NCBI RefSeq assembly: GCF_030684315.1
Contig: NC_081388.1
Span: 22,675,015 to 22,739,014 of the forward strand
Direction: 5' to 3'
Origin: Stegostoma tigrinum
Taxonomy: Eukaryota
DNA length: 64,000 bases
Shown: positions 36,720-50,216 of the stretch, piece after piece
Position numbering within the stretch: position 1 is the stretch's first letter
How the letters are laid out: each line of letters begins with the position of its first letter
Notes under the pieces: model-generated
The model's database searches: none
What the model saw: only the letters and a program-made list of their open reading frames with translations
Told to the model about the DNA's origin: nothing
Position numbers and translations under genes: made by a program

Positions 36720-37340
36720 ACTTGTATTTTGTTTCTATATCTGCTAGTTTTAAGTGCTGTGTTGAGTTACAGACTGCATCCCGTTCACTGACCCATAGGG
36801 GTCCACGTAAGTTCAATATACCAATCTATTGAGTGGAAGATTAAAGTCCTTTACCAATCAACTGCTTTTTGTATGAAAACACACACAGGTTTTGAGAGCA
36901 TGCAGGCTGCTTTACTCCTGTGCAGTAACTGGATCAGCTGGCATCTGTGCAAGTGACACCTTCTCCATTGTCAGACTGAGAGCTTAGTACTTCCCCCCCC
37001 GCCATTGCTTCCTTGAGATAATGTGCATCATTCTTTATGGTGCTGAGCCACACAGCTGGGAAGGTGCCAAGTTACCCAATTGGGACACTGCAGTGATATC
37101 CTGTTGAGCAGCTTCCTGATGATCTTGGTCTCAGTTGAGGCCTGTGGCGCTCGTTTCATGGGAGAGGGACTGTTGGGAGTGAGTGAGCTACCACTGCCTT
37201 TGGAACTGGACCCTACACAATACTTGGGAAGAGAGAATCTGCAACATGGTTTGTTGAAAATTCTACAAAACAATGGGGTGAGACTCATCTGTAGGACTGA
37301 CTTAGTTCATATCGTTGTAAAATTGGAACATGCATATAAA

Positions 37341-37831
37341 AATAAAAAGTGGAGACCCTAATCAAAATTATTGTTGATATTTCCATGTGTCTTTTTAAAT
37401 TTTGACTGGCAGTGACTTCATATTTGAGTAGTCTTTCTGTGACTCAAAAGCCAAATGTTTTGTTCCTTCAACCTGAGCCCATTCTTGGGGTGATGGGAGG
37501 TGTATGCAGACTGCTGAGTTTTTCATGTTTTGGGTTTGGGTGAGGGATTTGCATCAATTTGAACATACGCTTTTATGTTCAGTTTTTTTGAATTCTGAGC
37601 TGAAACCACAATGGTGTTCTCTACATGTTGAGTCTGACTTCTTCCATTTGTCTCAAATTTTAATGAATCCTGTGTAATGCACAGATTACAGCTCGGAGAC
37701 ACTTGTTCTGTTGGGGCCAATGTTGCTGATACTGCTGCTATTGACCTATTTGGTCTGGACTGGTTGCTGCTTGTGAGCGAAGTAGTAGTTGTAACATTCG
37801 TTTCTTGTTGGCCACCACATATGCAAATAAA
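37341..37831 (+). terminator. Candidate CDC37 polyadenylation signals
   Basis: AATAAA at 37341-37346 and 37826-37831, each followed by T/GT-rich sequence; repeat-free stretch 36720-37950 is consistent with a 3' UTR. Confidence 0.5.
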
Positions 37832-37994
37832 ATATGCAGTGAAAAGCTGTCTTGGTGTCATGGATATCAGATTGCCTTGTGAGCCCATTTAAATCTGGAG
37901 TAGTGATTTTTGTTATTTTTTGATATCATTCTACTGTATTGGTAATGCTGCAGTTTTGAAGACCTCAATGTGGAAGCAGCAGCAAGTTTTATGA

Positions 37995-38870
37995 GGCCTG
38001 TGTTTGATTGCAGACGTTTTGTCACCCTTCTAGGTAACATTGTCAGTGTGTCCCCAATGAAGCATTGGTGTTCTGTTGCACTTGTTATTTATAAGCCTCA
38101 GTTTGCTGGGGTGGTTGGCATCACTTCCTGTTCTGTTTTTCAGTGGTTTATATTTCAGGCCCAGTTCAATTTGTCTGTTAATAGAAATCCAGTTGAAATG
38201 CCAGGCCTCCAGAAACTCCCTGGTATGTCTATGTTTGGCTTGTGCTTCTATGGATGTGTTGTCCCAGTCGAATTTGTGTCCTCCTTTTGTGTATATTCAG
38301 ACTAGTGAGAAGTGGTTTCCTCTCTTGGTGGCTAGTTGGTGTTCGTGTATCCTTATTGTCAGTCTTTTTGCACTTTGGCCTATATAGTGTTTGTCTCAGT
38401 CCTTTGCATGATATTTTGTATGTTTATGTTAGTTCTATAGACTGTGGGTATGGGATGCTTGCTGTTCATCAGTAGCTGTCACAGGGTGGTTGTTTGTTCG
38501 TGGGCTACCCTGATAGCTAAGGGTCTGAGTAGTCTTGTGGTCATATACGGTAGAGTGACTAGTGTCTGGCCGTGTTGTGCCATCTTGTTATGGTCTGTCA
38601 TGGACATCTGGCATTCGAACTGGAAGTCCGTTAACAAACACATTGAACTGGATTGATATACAGACCACTGAAAAACAGAACCGGAAATATTGCCAATCAC
38701 CCCAGAAAACTGAGTTACATAAGTAACCAGCGAGACAGAACACCAACGCTTCACCAGAAGTGTGCTGAGGATGTTAACTGGCAGGGGGACAAAACACCTG
38801 CAATCAAACCCACTGACTCAGCAAGCAAATCTATAACCTTATCCACAAACCGAGTGACAAATCTTCTCAA
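37995..38870. mobile_element. Older family B Penelope-like element with inverted structure
   Basis: 37995-~38600 matches the 21849-22246 element (minus orientation), then ~38605-38870 (WHSNWKSVNKHIELD...) is the same terminus on +; both hammerheads degenerate. Confidence 0.8.
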
Positions 38871-40354
38871 TCTTTACTTGTCTTTATTGCTGGTGCTTAG
38901 AAACACAATTCAGTCGGAGTAGGCCATTTAATAAACTGGTAGCTGATCTAATTGTAACTTCAAGTTTGCATTTTTTAGGCCACCCTTACTTAATGAGAAT
39001 TTGTTGACTTATGCCATAAAATTCTTAAAGGACTTTTCTTCAGTTTATTTTTTGGTTTAGGAATAGGGTTTGAAAAAGACTTTCAAGGGCGTGAGTGGTG
39101 GGGGAGTAGCTGCCTAATCTGTCTTAAATGGGTAAATCTTGATTTTTTAAGTGATATATGGTTCTAGATTCTCACACAAGAAGAAACACTCAAACCTCAC
39201 ATCTGGTATGCTTCAGGCATTACAGCCCCTTAAACTTTAGTAAAGTCTGTCAAGTGTTCCTCAAAGATAAACGTGCATTGAGCAGGTTTAATCTAAACTT
39301 CTGAGCTGCCTGCAATGAAGTTGTGTTCTTTGATAAGGAAGGCGACTAATAACAGATACTACTGCAGATGCAATCTCCTCCACCCTGTGTTAGTGCAGTA
39401 TAACCTCTCTCTTTACATATTCAGTTCCTCTCGCAATAGGTCAAAATGTTGCATTAGCTTTCCTAATTATTTTCTTGGTCCTGGAGATGGGCCTTCTACA
39501 ATTTGTGCAGCAGGGTGAATGTCCAAGCTATGTCAGTCTCCTACCACATACATATTTATGATTTGTTGACAGTTACACATTTTTTGACATTGAAATCTAT
39601 TAGCCGCCTCCTTGCCTTTTCAATGTCCTCTTCGCAACTTTGGCAGACATGAAGAAGGGTAGAAAACAATTTGTATTGACCATATCATACCTCCCTTCAT
39701 CCTAGTCATTTAACATGTTGCAGAGGTTCCTGCTCCAACACCTGTGGCACACTACTGGTACATTTTGCTAATTTAAAAAATACCCATTAATGTCTACTAT
39801 CTGCTTCCTGTTAGCCCATCATCCACTTATCCATGCCAACTTGATACCCCTTTGGACCATCAGCTTTTATTTTCCATTTATGGTTGATGGGTATCTGATC
39901 AAAGTATCTGACGTTGGTATCCTTCCTGTTGTTCAATTACACAACCTTCAAGCCTTTTAGGTGTTGTAATGAAATGTACATTGACTCTGCAGGTAACATG
40001 CAGGATTTTTGTGTCTTTGAGTGTGCAGGATGAACAGCTTGCAATGATTTAAGAATCATCGCATGTTGTCATGGACCAAGACAAGAATAAAAGAATCATA
40101 TTCTTGTAGTGAGCCTTCTTTCCAAGCTGCTCTAGTTCCTAAATCAACTTTGACAACTCCATTGCCCTGATCGTTTCCAATTTGATGACCCCCTTCTGCA
40201 TTGGCTCCGGGTTGAATATTATTGCTTGAGGTTTAATTGGTTGTTTCAACAAACTGCAAAGTGCTTTGTTGTATTAGCACAAGGCCTGTGTCAGCTATTT
40301 TTGTGGACATTTCACTTATTTTCCTGGAACTAACTACACATGGATTGCATTCCT

Positions 40355-40452
40355 CTCTGAGGAAGGGTCTAGGCCTGAAACATCAGCTTTTGTGCTCCTG
40401 AGATGCTGCCTGGCCTGCTGTGTTCATCCAGCTCCACACTTTGTTGTCTTGG
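40355..40452 (+). mobile_element. Family A single-arm mini-element
   Basis: Begins at CTCTGAGGAAGGGTCTAGGCCTGAAACATCAG; direct repeat TGGATTGCATTCCT at 40341-40354 and 40450-40463. Confidence 0.85.
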
Positions 40453-42376
40453 ATTGCATTCCTTCCCTACTTCCTTTTCCAAGCCTTGCTGTCTATTCTA
40501 AACATTTGACCACCTTTCTATCTCTACCACACCACCTTAATGGATTATCATCAGCTCTGACATCTGATTATTATTTCATCTTTCACCCACTCTTTTCCAT
40601 TCCCTGCTGTGTCTGACCCTCCTGAATGTCATGTTGATGTTTTTGTCATCTTAATAAGATGGGACTAATAATGACTCTTCAGGGTTTGAATAATACTGGG
40701 GATTAGGAGATTTAAAATAATCAATGATACGCAGCAGATGATAAAACAATAAACCATCTGTGTGTGCAGCTTGCAAATCTATTGCAAACTGACTGCTGGG
40801 TAGAGTTCCAGAGTCCTTAAGATGAGTTCTTCGTTGCAATCACCTCCTTTCCATAGAAGAATTCCTGTAATTTCATGCTGCATTGGAGACTCTCCTCACT
40901 TCCTGTTCTCATTTCGTTGTATGTTGATGAATTGCTGTTTATTTAAAATATCTAAATATCAACGAGGCTATCTGACCCATTTATTTGTTTCCTCTAATGA
41001 CTGTATTATCCTGACTGTGCCCAAACCAATTATCCTCATCATTTTCAAGGTGTACACCTAATCTCAAGAACCTTGTATTTTCTCTGCTCTGTCTCATAGC
41101 TGTCACAAAACATTATGCAATGACAAATCTGTTCAAATGTTCTCTTGTTTATAGCTACTGCTGACCATCTCCCAGTCTTACTGAGTTGCCCTAGAAAATT
41201 CACGTTTTCTTAGTGAAAATTTGTCTACATCTAACAAATGATTTGCTATTTGCTTTAATTTCAGGCTTGACCATGTGGGACAGGCTATGTATTTGGTCAA
41301 ACCATTTTGCAAGATGTACCTCAAGCAGCATTTCTGGAGAACGATTCACTTCCTGAAGCTCCGGTTTCTCTACTCATTTTTTTTAAAAAGCCCATATTTT
41401 ATTGTTGGTTCTCTTTCTCAGTCAGTTGGTTTGTACCGTAGATCTGTAGGGCTGTTCGGGGAAAAGTCCCCAAACAAATGCTGTCACTTTTTCACTACAC
41501 TTTCCTACCTTCATTGTCTCTTCAGCATGGCTGCTGTTTGAGTTACAGCCTATAAAACTGTAATGTCTATACCTCTGAGCCAGGAGGCCAAGGTCCAAGC
41601 ACAACAACTCGAGCGTGTGTAAAAATGTTTCTGACAAGGTTGATTTGGAAATAATGTAAAACCATAAGACATAAGAACAGAAGTAGACCATTTAGCTATT
41701 AATGAGATTATGGCTCTTGTGAAATTCTTCCTCTCTTTCTTTCAAATGGGTGACCCCTTACTTTGAGATTATGTCACTGTGGTCCTAAGTGTTTCCCACA
41801 AGGGGAAACAATCCACATCCACTCTGGCAAGACCTTGAAGAATTTTATGTTTTAATAAGTTCACCTCATTTTTTTTGTCAACTCCAACGAGTGCAAGCCC
41901 AATTTCTCCTTTGTAAGAAAATCTCACTATATTTGGAATTAACCTTGTGAACCTTTCCAGATTGTTTCCAATGCTGATGCCTTTCTGGAGATAAGGAAAC
42001 CGGAACTGTACAGAATTCCAGCTGTGGTCTGATGAGTGTTTTAATACTCCGCACTCGCCTGGATGGGTGTCGCTTCAACAACAATGAAGAAGCTTGACAC
42101 CATCCAGGACAAAACGGCCCCCACTTGATTGGTACTACACCCACAAGCATCCACTCCATCACCACCAATGTTCAGTAACAGCAGCGTGCACTGTCTGCAA
42201 GATGCACTGCAGAAATTCACCAAAAATCCTCAGGCAGCATCTTCCAAACCCACAACCGCTTTCATCTAGAAGGATAATGACAGATATAAGGGAACACCAC
42301 CCCCTGCAAGTTCTCTCTTCTCTCCCCCCCCCCCCCCATAGAATAAATCAAAACAACTCGGACACTAGTTTTTTCT

Positions 42377-42753
42377 AGTGAGTTTTGAGAAGATTTGTAG
42401 CTCAGGTTGAGGTCCTAGATGTGAGTTTGCTCGCTGAGCTGGAAGGTTAGTTTTCAGACGTTTCGTCACCATTCTAGGTAACATCAGTGAGCCTCCAATG
42501 AAGCGCTGGTGTTATGTCCCGCTTTCTATTTGTGTTTAGGTTTCCTTGGGTTGGTGATGTCATTTCCTGCGTTGGTGGTGATTTCACCAATGCAGGAAAT
42601 GACATCACCAACCCAGGGGAAACCTAAACACACAAATAGAAAGTGGGACATAGCACCAGCGCTTCGTTGGAGGCTCACTGATGTTACCTAGAATGGTGAC
42701 GAAACGTCTGAAAACTAACCTTCCAGCTCGGTGAGCAAACTCACATCCAGAAC
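42377..42753. mobile_element. Family B palindromic Penelope-like mini-element
   Basis: ~170-bp inverted arms centred near 42580; direct repeat ACTAGTTTTTTCT at 42364-42376 and 42752-42764. Confidence 0.9.
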
Positions 42754-43539
42754 TAGTTTTTTCTCATTCATGCATAAGGATTCCAAATCCCTTTGTGCTG
42801 CAGCTTTCTGCAGTCTTTCTCCATTTGAATAATATTCGGTTCTTCATGCCAAAGTGCAGGAATGTCATATTTTCCATCTGCCAAGTTTTTTGCCCCCTGC
42901 TTAATTTGTCAATTTCTCTGTCAATATTCTTTTCCATGCCATTCTCTCAACTTCCCTTCTCGTCTATTTTTGTGTCATCCACAAACTCGAAAATGCCAGT
43001 CAACTAGGCTTCTGATTTAAGTGAGGATATTCATGGTGCAATTCCTATATATAATTACAGGGTCATATTGGCAGTAAGCTGCCTTTCTGACTTGATAATA
43101 TGGTCAAGCAACAAATATGTACCAGAATTGCATTGAGGTTCCACTTGGTTGTTGTAAAGTTGGACGGTAGTTGGTCGAGCCACTAGATGGAGCAGCATGA
43201 TAGCCACCAAACTGCTCAAATCCCATGTTTGATGTGTTACTGTAAAATTAAAGGCTGCTGCAGAAGTCTATTCCTGATAATGACATTAGTTGTGGTAGGA
43301 CTCCTTTGGTAAATGTCCTCGTGTCCTGATGTCATTCACAGTGGTCCAATGTTTGAGTTTTGGGTATAGTGAAATGGATTTTAGACTTAGATTTTATTGT
43401 CCTGTGTACTTGAGCACAGTGAAAAGCGTGTACAGTGAAAAGTGTACAAAGTCACCATTCTTGAAAGTGATGTTAGTATACAAAAGACAGGATTTAAAAC
43501 AGAAGCAGAAATAAAAGAAACAACCAAAAGAAAAGCAAA

Positions 43540-46500
43540 CGTCCAAATCACTCCTCCTGCCTCTGGCATGAATCCTTGCCACTAGAGAATGGTGCAATGT
43601 TTGGCCTTCAGTCTGAGACATTCAGCTGCCCAAGTCTCTGCGCACACTGCTGCAGCTGGAACACCACGCTTTCCCATCAGGTACCAAGGCCCAGCCGCAG
43701 CCCTGAGCCATACCACTGCCAAGTATTCCAAACAAGATTGCAGAGTGCACACAGGGAGAGCAATTTCACTGCAGTGAGACTCGGGCAGAGTGAGTAACTG
43801 GGGATTTGTGTCAATGGCGGAATTCATGACAGTAAGGGAAAGCAATGTTTTATGTAAGATTTACCCCAACAAATAAAGTCTCTTGGAGTGAGAGAAAGAA
43901 CAAGGCATAGACTGAGGGGCCTACTGGCACTGAGACCAACAGCAGCATGATATCACATGTGCATGGAAAGCAGCTGATTGGTGAGCAGGTTTGGGGAGTA
44001 TTTCCAACCTTTAAAGTGAAAGTTGGGTATTTAGTTTGTATGTTTAAGAATGTAGACCTTTTTCTCTCCTTTTTTGAGTAAGTTTTCAGAGTCAGTCCAG
44101 ACATATTCTCAGGTCACAAGTACTTGTCAGGGTCCAGTGGAGTGACCATCCTGTGGTCTGTACAAAGGCACAGATGCACCATGTGTCCCAGATGGCCATC
44201 TGCTTGAAGTGTCCCTGGCTGCACAGGGTTTGTCTCCAGCTTTCTGTACTGGAGCAGCGGCTGTAACCTCTGTTGTGTATCTGCAACGCAGAGGGTTACA
44301 TGAATATCAAATATCGGGAGGTGGAACACAGGGCAGACAGCAGACACGGGATAGGAGACGAATAAGCGGTTCAAGAAAACCAGGCACGTTGTGCAGGAAT
44401 CCCCTGAGTCTGTTACAGCTGGTAATTGGTGAACCATTTGGGAAACTGGTGAGGGTAATGGTTTCTCATGGGAGTTCAGCCACAACCAAATCCACGGTCC
44501 CACTGGTACCTCTGCGGTTGGAGGGAGGGAGAACAGAAGATCAAGAGTGATAGGGGACTGCATGGTCTGTGGATCAGCTAAGGAGGTTTGTGTCATAAAT
44601 GTGACCCCAGGATGATGTGTTATCTTTCTGGTGCCCAGGTCAGGGATGTCATACAGTGGCTGCAGGACACCCTTTTCACATGGGGGTGGTGAGCAGCCAG
44701 AAATCCTGGTCCACATGACATTGTGAGGAAGAGGGATGGGGTCCTCAAGACTGATTTCATGGAGCTGAGAAGGAAATTTAAAAAGCAGGACTGCCAGAGC
44801 ATCAATCTCAGATTCCTCCCAGTGCCGCATGCTAGTAGACGCAAGAACACAAGGCTTGATCATTTGAATAGGTGACTGGGGACCGAGTTTGTGAGGTTTC
44901 TGAGGAATTAGGAATGGTTCTGCAGTAGGTGAGACTTGTGTAATAGCAGGGTTACAGTTTAAGGGACCTGGGACTGAATCTCTCAAAGGGAAAACTGCTG
45001 GTGTTGTTGAAGGAGGGGTAATTTAAACTGGTTTGTCAGCAATAGGAACCAAACTGGAAAGAAAGGGGAAACAGATTCTGAATGTAATCAAGCAACAAGT
45101 AACAAAAATGGATATGTAACAAGGATATGTTTGGTGAAATAAATGATGTCTATTAAAGGTGCTATCAGGAAAATGTGTCATGGGAGATAGAGAAAATGGC
45201 ATGGAAGTGAAATGATTACAGTCTGTCTGTTTTCACTCAGGGAGATACCAGAACTCACTCCCAACCCGAGATCTGAGTGATGCAGGAGAATAAGGAGTGG
45301 ATAAAAATTAGCATCAGTAAGAAGATTGTATTGGAGAAATTAATGGCACTGAGTAAATTCCCAAGTCATGACTATCTACATCCAGAAGGTTGAAGGAGGT
45401 AGCTGTGGAGACAGTCAACATTGATTCTGTAGAGTTGGGAATGATTCCTATGGAATAGAAGGTTGCAAATGTCATCCCACTATTTAAGAAGGAAGTGACA
45501 GATGAAAGAGGGAACTACAGACCCATTAGCCTGATATCAGTAATCGGGAAAATGCTAGAATCTGTTGCAAAGGATGAGATAAATAGATATGTGGCTGATA
45601 ATAATTTGATTAGATATAGTCAATCTGGATTTGCGGACGGGAAATTATGTTGGACAAACTTGTCGGAGTTTTTTTGAACATGCGATGAATAAAATTGATC
45701 ATCGAGAGCCAATGGGTATGATACATTTAGATTTTCAGAAAACGTTTGATGAGGTTCCCCACAAGAGGCTGGTTAGAAAGAGTAAAATGCATGGGATAGG
45801 AGGGAAGTATTAATGACTAACTAAGAGACAGATAACGGTCAGGATAAATGGGTCATTCTCATGTTGGCAGCTGGCAGCTGGCAACTAGGATCAGTGAGGA
45901 ACCTCAAGGATTAGAACTTGGCCCCAGATATTCAGAATCTGTATCAATGGTCTGGGATTGAACAAATGTGATATTTCCAAATTTGTGGGTGATACAAAAC
46001 AAAATGGGAATGTGTGTTGGGAAGTAGATGTAAAGCGATGGGAGGGAGGTGATGGCCTTGTGGTATTATCGCTGGACTGTTAGTCCATGGACTCGGATAA
46101 CATTCTGGGAACCTGGATTCAATTCCTGCCACGGTAGATGGTGGAATTTGAATTCAATAAAACATCTGGAATTAAGGGTCCAGTGATGACCATGAATCCA
46201 CTGTCAATTGTTGGAAAAATCTGGTTCACTAATGTCCCTTTAGGGAAGGAAACTGCCACCCTTATCTGGTCTGGCCTCCATGTGACTCCAGACCCACAGC
46301 AATGTGGTTGACTCTCAACTGCCCTCTGGACAATTAGGGATGGGCAATAAATGGTGCTTCGGCAGCAACACCCTCATCTTGTGAATGAATAAAAAAAGCA
46401 ACTTCAGAAAGATTTGGACAGGCTTAATGATTGGCCAAGAACATGGCAGATGGAACATAATGTGGAAAAGTATGAGGTTACCCACTTTGGTCAGATGAGC

Positions 46501-47450
46501 AGAGTATTTCTGGAAAAGTAAGAGATTGGAAAGTGTAGATCTCCAAAGGGACCTAGATGTCCTTATCAGTAAGGCTCTGAAGACTAACCAACAGGTGCAG
46601 CAAGCTATTAGGAAGGCTAATGGAATGTTAGTCTTCATTGCAAGAGGATTTGTGTACACAGGTAGTGAAGTCTTGCTTCACTTGTATCGGAGCTTGGTTA
46701 GACTACAGCTTTGGTCTCCTTTCCTTCTCGGAAAGATATCATTGCCGGAGACAGAGTCAACCACAATTCACCAGACCTGTTCCTGGGATGGTGGGTTTGT
46801 CCTCTGAAGACACATTGGTCAAGCTGGGTGCGGGATCTTTTAAGCTTCAAAGAATGAGAGGTGATCCTATTGAAATTTAGCAAATACTGAAAGGGATAGA
46901 CAGGCAGAATGCAGGGATGGTGTTGGGATTTAGAGAACTGGGGACACGATACGAAAATACAGACGGTGCCACTGAGGAAAGAGATGAGGAGAAATATTTT
47001 CACTCAGAGGGTTGAGATCATTTGGAATTCTCTCCCAAGGAGAGCTGTGGAATCTTAGTTTCTGAGTTTGTTTAAGGTTGAGATTGACGGATTTCTGATT
47101 TCCTGTGCTGTACAGTGAAGTCCCAGTTTACAAACGTTGGCCTTACACATGTTCGTAATGATGAATTGCAACCCCAGACAGGGGTGTGATTTTAAAAATC
47201 CGACAAACAGACATTTCCTCGTACTTTCAAGCACCTCCTTGACATTGTCCTGTATCATGTTCTGACCTTTTGCAAATCAACTTGAGACTGCAGATCAGAA
47301 CAGAATCCATTCACAACCCAGGGACTACCTCCACAGCATTATGATGATGAGGTGGACAAAAGGCAAAGTGTTTGTTACAACCGTCATCATGTTGAATGTC
47401 AGGCCAGGCTTAATGGGCTGAAAGGCCGACTCCATTCCTATGTTAACAGT
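43540..47450 (+). mobile_element. Long decayed CR1 LINE with ORF1 (SGNH-esterase-like) and ORF2 RT remnants
   Basis: GTGATAGGGGAC and GGTGCCCAGGTCAGGGATGTC (VIGD / GA.VRDV) at ~44550-44650; GNYRPISLISVIGKMLES; LDFQKTFDEVPHKRL; DLQRDLDVL..QQAIRKANGML; 5' boundary approximate. Confidence 0.8.
46045..46398 (+). mobile_element. tRNA-derived SINE with L2-like tail, inserted in CR1
   Basis: A-box-like TGGCCTTGTGG, B-box-like GATTCAATTCC, core TGGTTCACTAATGTCCCTTTAGGGAAGGAAA, tail CAATTAGGGATGGGCAATAAATG...GAATGAATAAAAAAA; further copies at ~18345-18690 (-), 20415-20660 (+), 27230-27535 (+), 51478-51805 (+), 62815-63078 (-). Confidence 0.8.
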
Positions 47451-48899
47451 TGGATTTGTGGCTGGTTATTTACTGCTTTGGATACAATTTCTCATTAGGC
47501 CATGGGTTTGGGGCAGACAAATAGCTCAGTGAATTATCGTCTCAACTCCGTCAATATGCTCCTCATTACTGTGTTTATATTCCATCTCAGTAGATGCTGT
47601 CAAAGACTGCTTTCACAATCTCAGCATCCAGCTTCACCTTTCATAGATTCTGCTTCGGAGCATACTGCAAATGACTAATTTCAATGGTTTCGAGCATTAA
47701 GTTGAGTATCAAGTTTCAGTTTCCACTCATCAAAGCATTAAGTTCTGTGAATCCATTTGAATGATATCCAACCACTCTCCCTCTGGATAAACTGCCTTCC
47801 TTCCACACAGTATTGTTGGTCACAGACTTGTCTCAAGGTCATTGCTGTACATTGTAATGTGCAGGGACTGAGACTGGAGTCTCCATGTTAGCTGCTGCAG
47901 GCAAATTTCAGTCATGTCAATTTCTTTTTCATCTTGTTTTCTATCATGCCAATGGTGCTTTCTGCAGCAAGCAGTTCTATTCCTTAATTCTGTGGCCCTT
48001 TATTCTTTCCGCAACATTGAAAGTTCTTGAAAGAATGTGAAGAAAAATAGGTAGAAAAAAATTCTTAGCTTATTGATTTATTTCTTGTTGCAATGCTTTT
48101 CATCTTGCTCACGTTCTGCCTCTCAGATACCTCCAGATCTATGGAATTTGTCATTATAAGTTGAGTGTTACTTGCTTTTAGTAGGCCATTCCAACTAAAT
48201 CCAATCTGTGGGTTTCAGTTACAATCCTCACCACAGTGTCACCATTCCCCTTTGCTGTGACCTCCTGGTGCCTATCAATCCTCCAGCTCTTGCTACCTTT
48301 GGATCTCTCTGTTCTTTCACTGCACCAATGTCTCAGTCCAGATCTGAATTCCCTCCTGAAAATGTCCATTCTCTCAGACCTTCCTCAACTTCTACCCTTT
48401 GAGCGATTTTGTCACCTTTCCTGATAAATCATGATGTCTCTCACTGCCACTTCTTTGGTCTCATAATCAGACCTGGGAATTGTGTGGGACAATCCCCACA
48501 TCAAAGGTGCTATGTAAATGCAAACTATTGTTGGGACAATCAAAAGTAGCAACATTGGCTTTTCAAAAAACTTGTAAAAGTTTCCTAAATTCACAGGGTA
48601 GCGAGCGAAAAGTCAAAGTGACCTGAAAGATATTTGTGGATGCTGATAAGACTAAGTACAAAATCGTGAGGGTTTGAATATTTCTGAAAAGGGAGAGTCT
48701 GCCTTAACTTTCCATCCTACACTTGTCTGCATCAAACAATATTTAACAATTTCAAATTATTACAAACTTTAGACTGCAGGAGAAAAGGTTACTGATTGGT
48801 TGGGAAATCAACAATATTGCTGTGGAGAGAGAAATGGTGAACATTTGAAATTACACAAAAAAGGTTTGAGAAGGATTAGGAGACAATTTAAGGTAACAG

Positions 48900-49745
48900 T
48901 TTTAAAGAAGGTGTCTGAACAGAGAAACCTGGAGGAGAGTGTGCACTAACCTGAAGGTGCAACACAGATTAATGAAACATATGGAATCTTGCACCAAAAT
49001 ACAAAATCCTTGCGGATACATAGTGGATATGCTAAATCTGAATAAAACATCAGTCTGGCCCCAACTAGTGCATCTAATTCTTGGCACCACATTCTAGGGA
49101 AGATGTGAATGTGTTGGAGACGGTACAGAGGTTCTCCATTTTGAATGGTTTGACAGATAAAGGGTTACAGAGAGGTTGAGGTACATCTTTGAGCAGAGAT
49201 TGACTGAATTAGCACGTCGTTGCATTTTTACAGAACATTAGGGAGGCCACTGTTAGAACTCTGCCTGCAATTTTGTTCGCGCTGCTTTGGGAAAGATGTT
49301 GTTAAACTTGAGAAGGTGCAGAAAACATTTATAGACAGAGGCTGAATAGGCTGGGGACTTTTACCCTGGAGCATCAGAGGCTGAGGGATGACCTTGTAGA
49401 GGTTTATAACATCAGGAGGGCATGGATAGGGTAAATAGACAAGGTCTTTTTCCTAGGGTGGGACAGTCCAAAAGAAGAGGGGCAAAGGTTTAAGGTGAGA
49501 GAGGAAACCTGAGAGGTAACTTTTTCACACAGAGGGTGGTGCGTGCATGGAATAAGCTGCCAGAGAAGGTGGTAGAAGCTGGTACAATGACAACATTTAA
49601 AAGGCATCTGGAGGGTATATGAATACGAAGGGTTTAGATGGATATGGGCTAAATGCTGAAAAACAGGACAAGATCAGATTGGGATGTCTAGTCAGTGCAG
49701 ATGGGTTGGACGGAGGGGTCTGTTTCCCTGCAGTATAACTCGATT
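48900..49745 (+). mobile_element. CR1 LINE 3' fragments
   Basis: GGCTGAGGGATGACCTTGTAGAGG, CACAGAGGGTGGTGCGTGCATGGAAT. Confidence 0.8.
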
Positions 49746-49859
49746 ATGGGCAAATTAGTTTAAATGTGGAAGTGTCAAATTTTGCATTCTGTGAAGTAAA
49801 GCAACAAACATATTAAACATCAATGAAACTAAGTACAAACCGGTAAATCATGAAATATA

Positions 49860-50074
49860 TATAACAAAGTGTGGAGCTGGATGAACACAGCAGGCCAAGC
49901 AGCATCCCAGGAGCACAAAAGCTGACGTTTCGGGCCTGGACCCTTTATCAGAGAGGGGTCCAGGCCCGAAACGTCAGCTTTTGTGCTCCTGAGATGCTGC
50001 TTGGCCTGCTGTGTTCATCTAGCTTCACACTTTGTTATCTTGGATTCTCCAGCATCTGCAGTTCCCATTATCAC
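49860..50074. mobile_element. Family A palindromic mini-element
   Basis: Inverted arms joined near 49955; TSD AAATCATGAAATAT at 49845-49858 and 50075-50088. Confidence 0.88.
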
Positions 50075-50216
50075 AAATCATGAAATATGGTGACCAAATT
50101 AAGACACCATGCCACTGTTACCTTTTTCTTCTGCTGACAAACAGTGAGACTCACTTTCTGTCTGTTTGTAGACTGGGTGTTTATTGGCAGGGAGGGTAAT
50201 TTCACAGGCACAATTC

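Noticed and set aside
44114-44986. 290-aa minus-strand ORF, the longest in the track
   Set aside because: Antisense to decayed CR1 ORF1; no recognisable protein
46045-46135. tRNA gene
   Set aside because: A/B-box-like sequence is a SINE head, with no cloverleaf
47158-47265. Possible C/D-box snoRNA (ATGATGA ... CTGA)
   Set aside because: No terminal stem, no recognisable rRNA guide, not in an identified host intron
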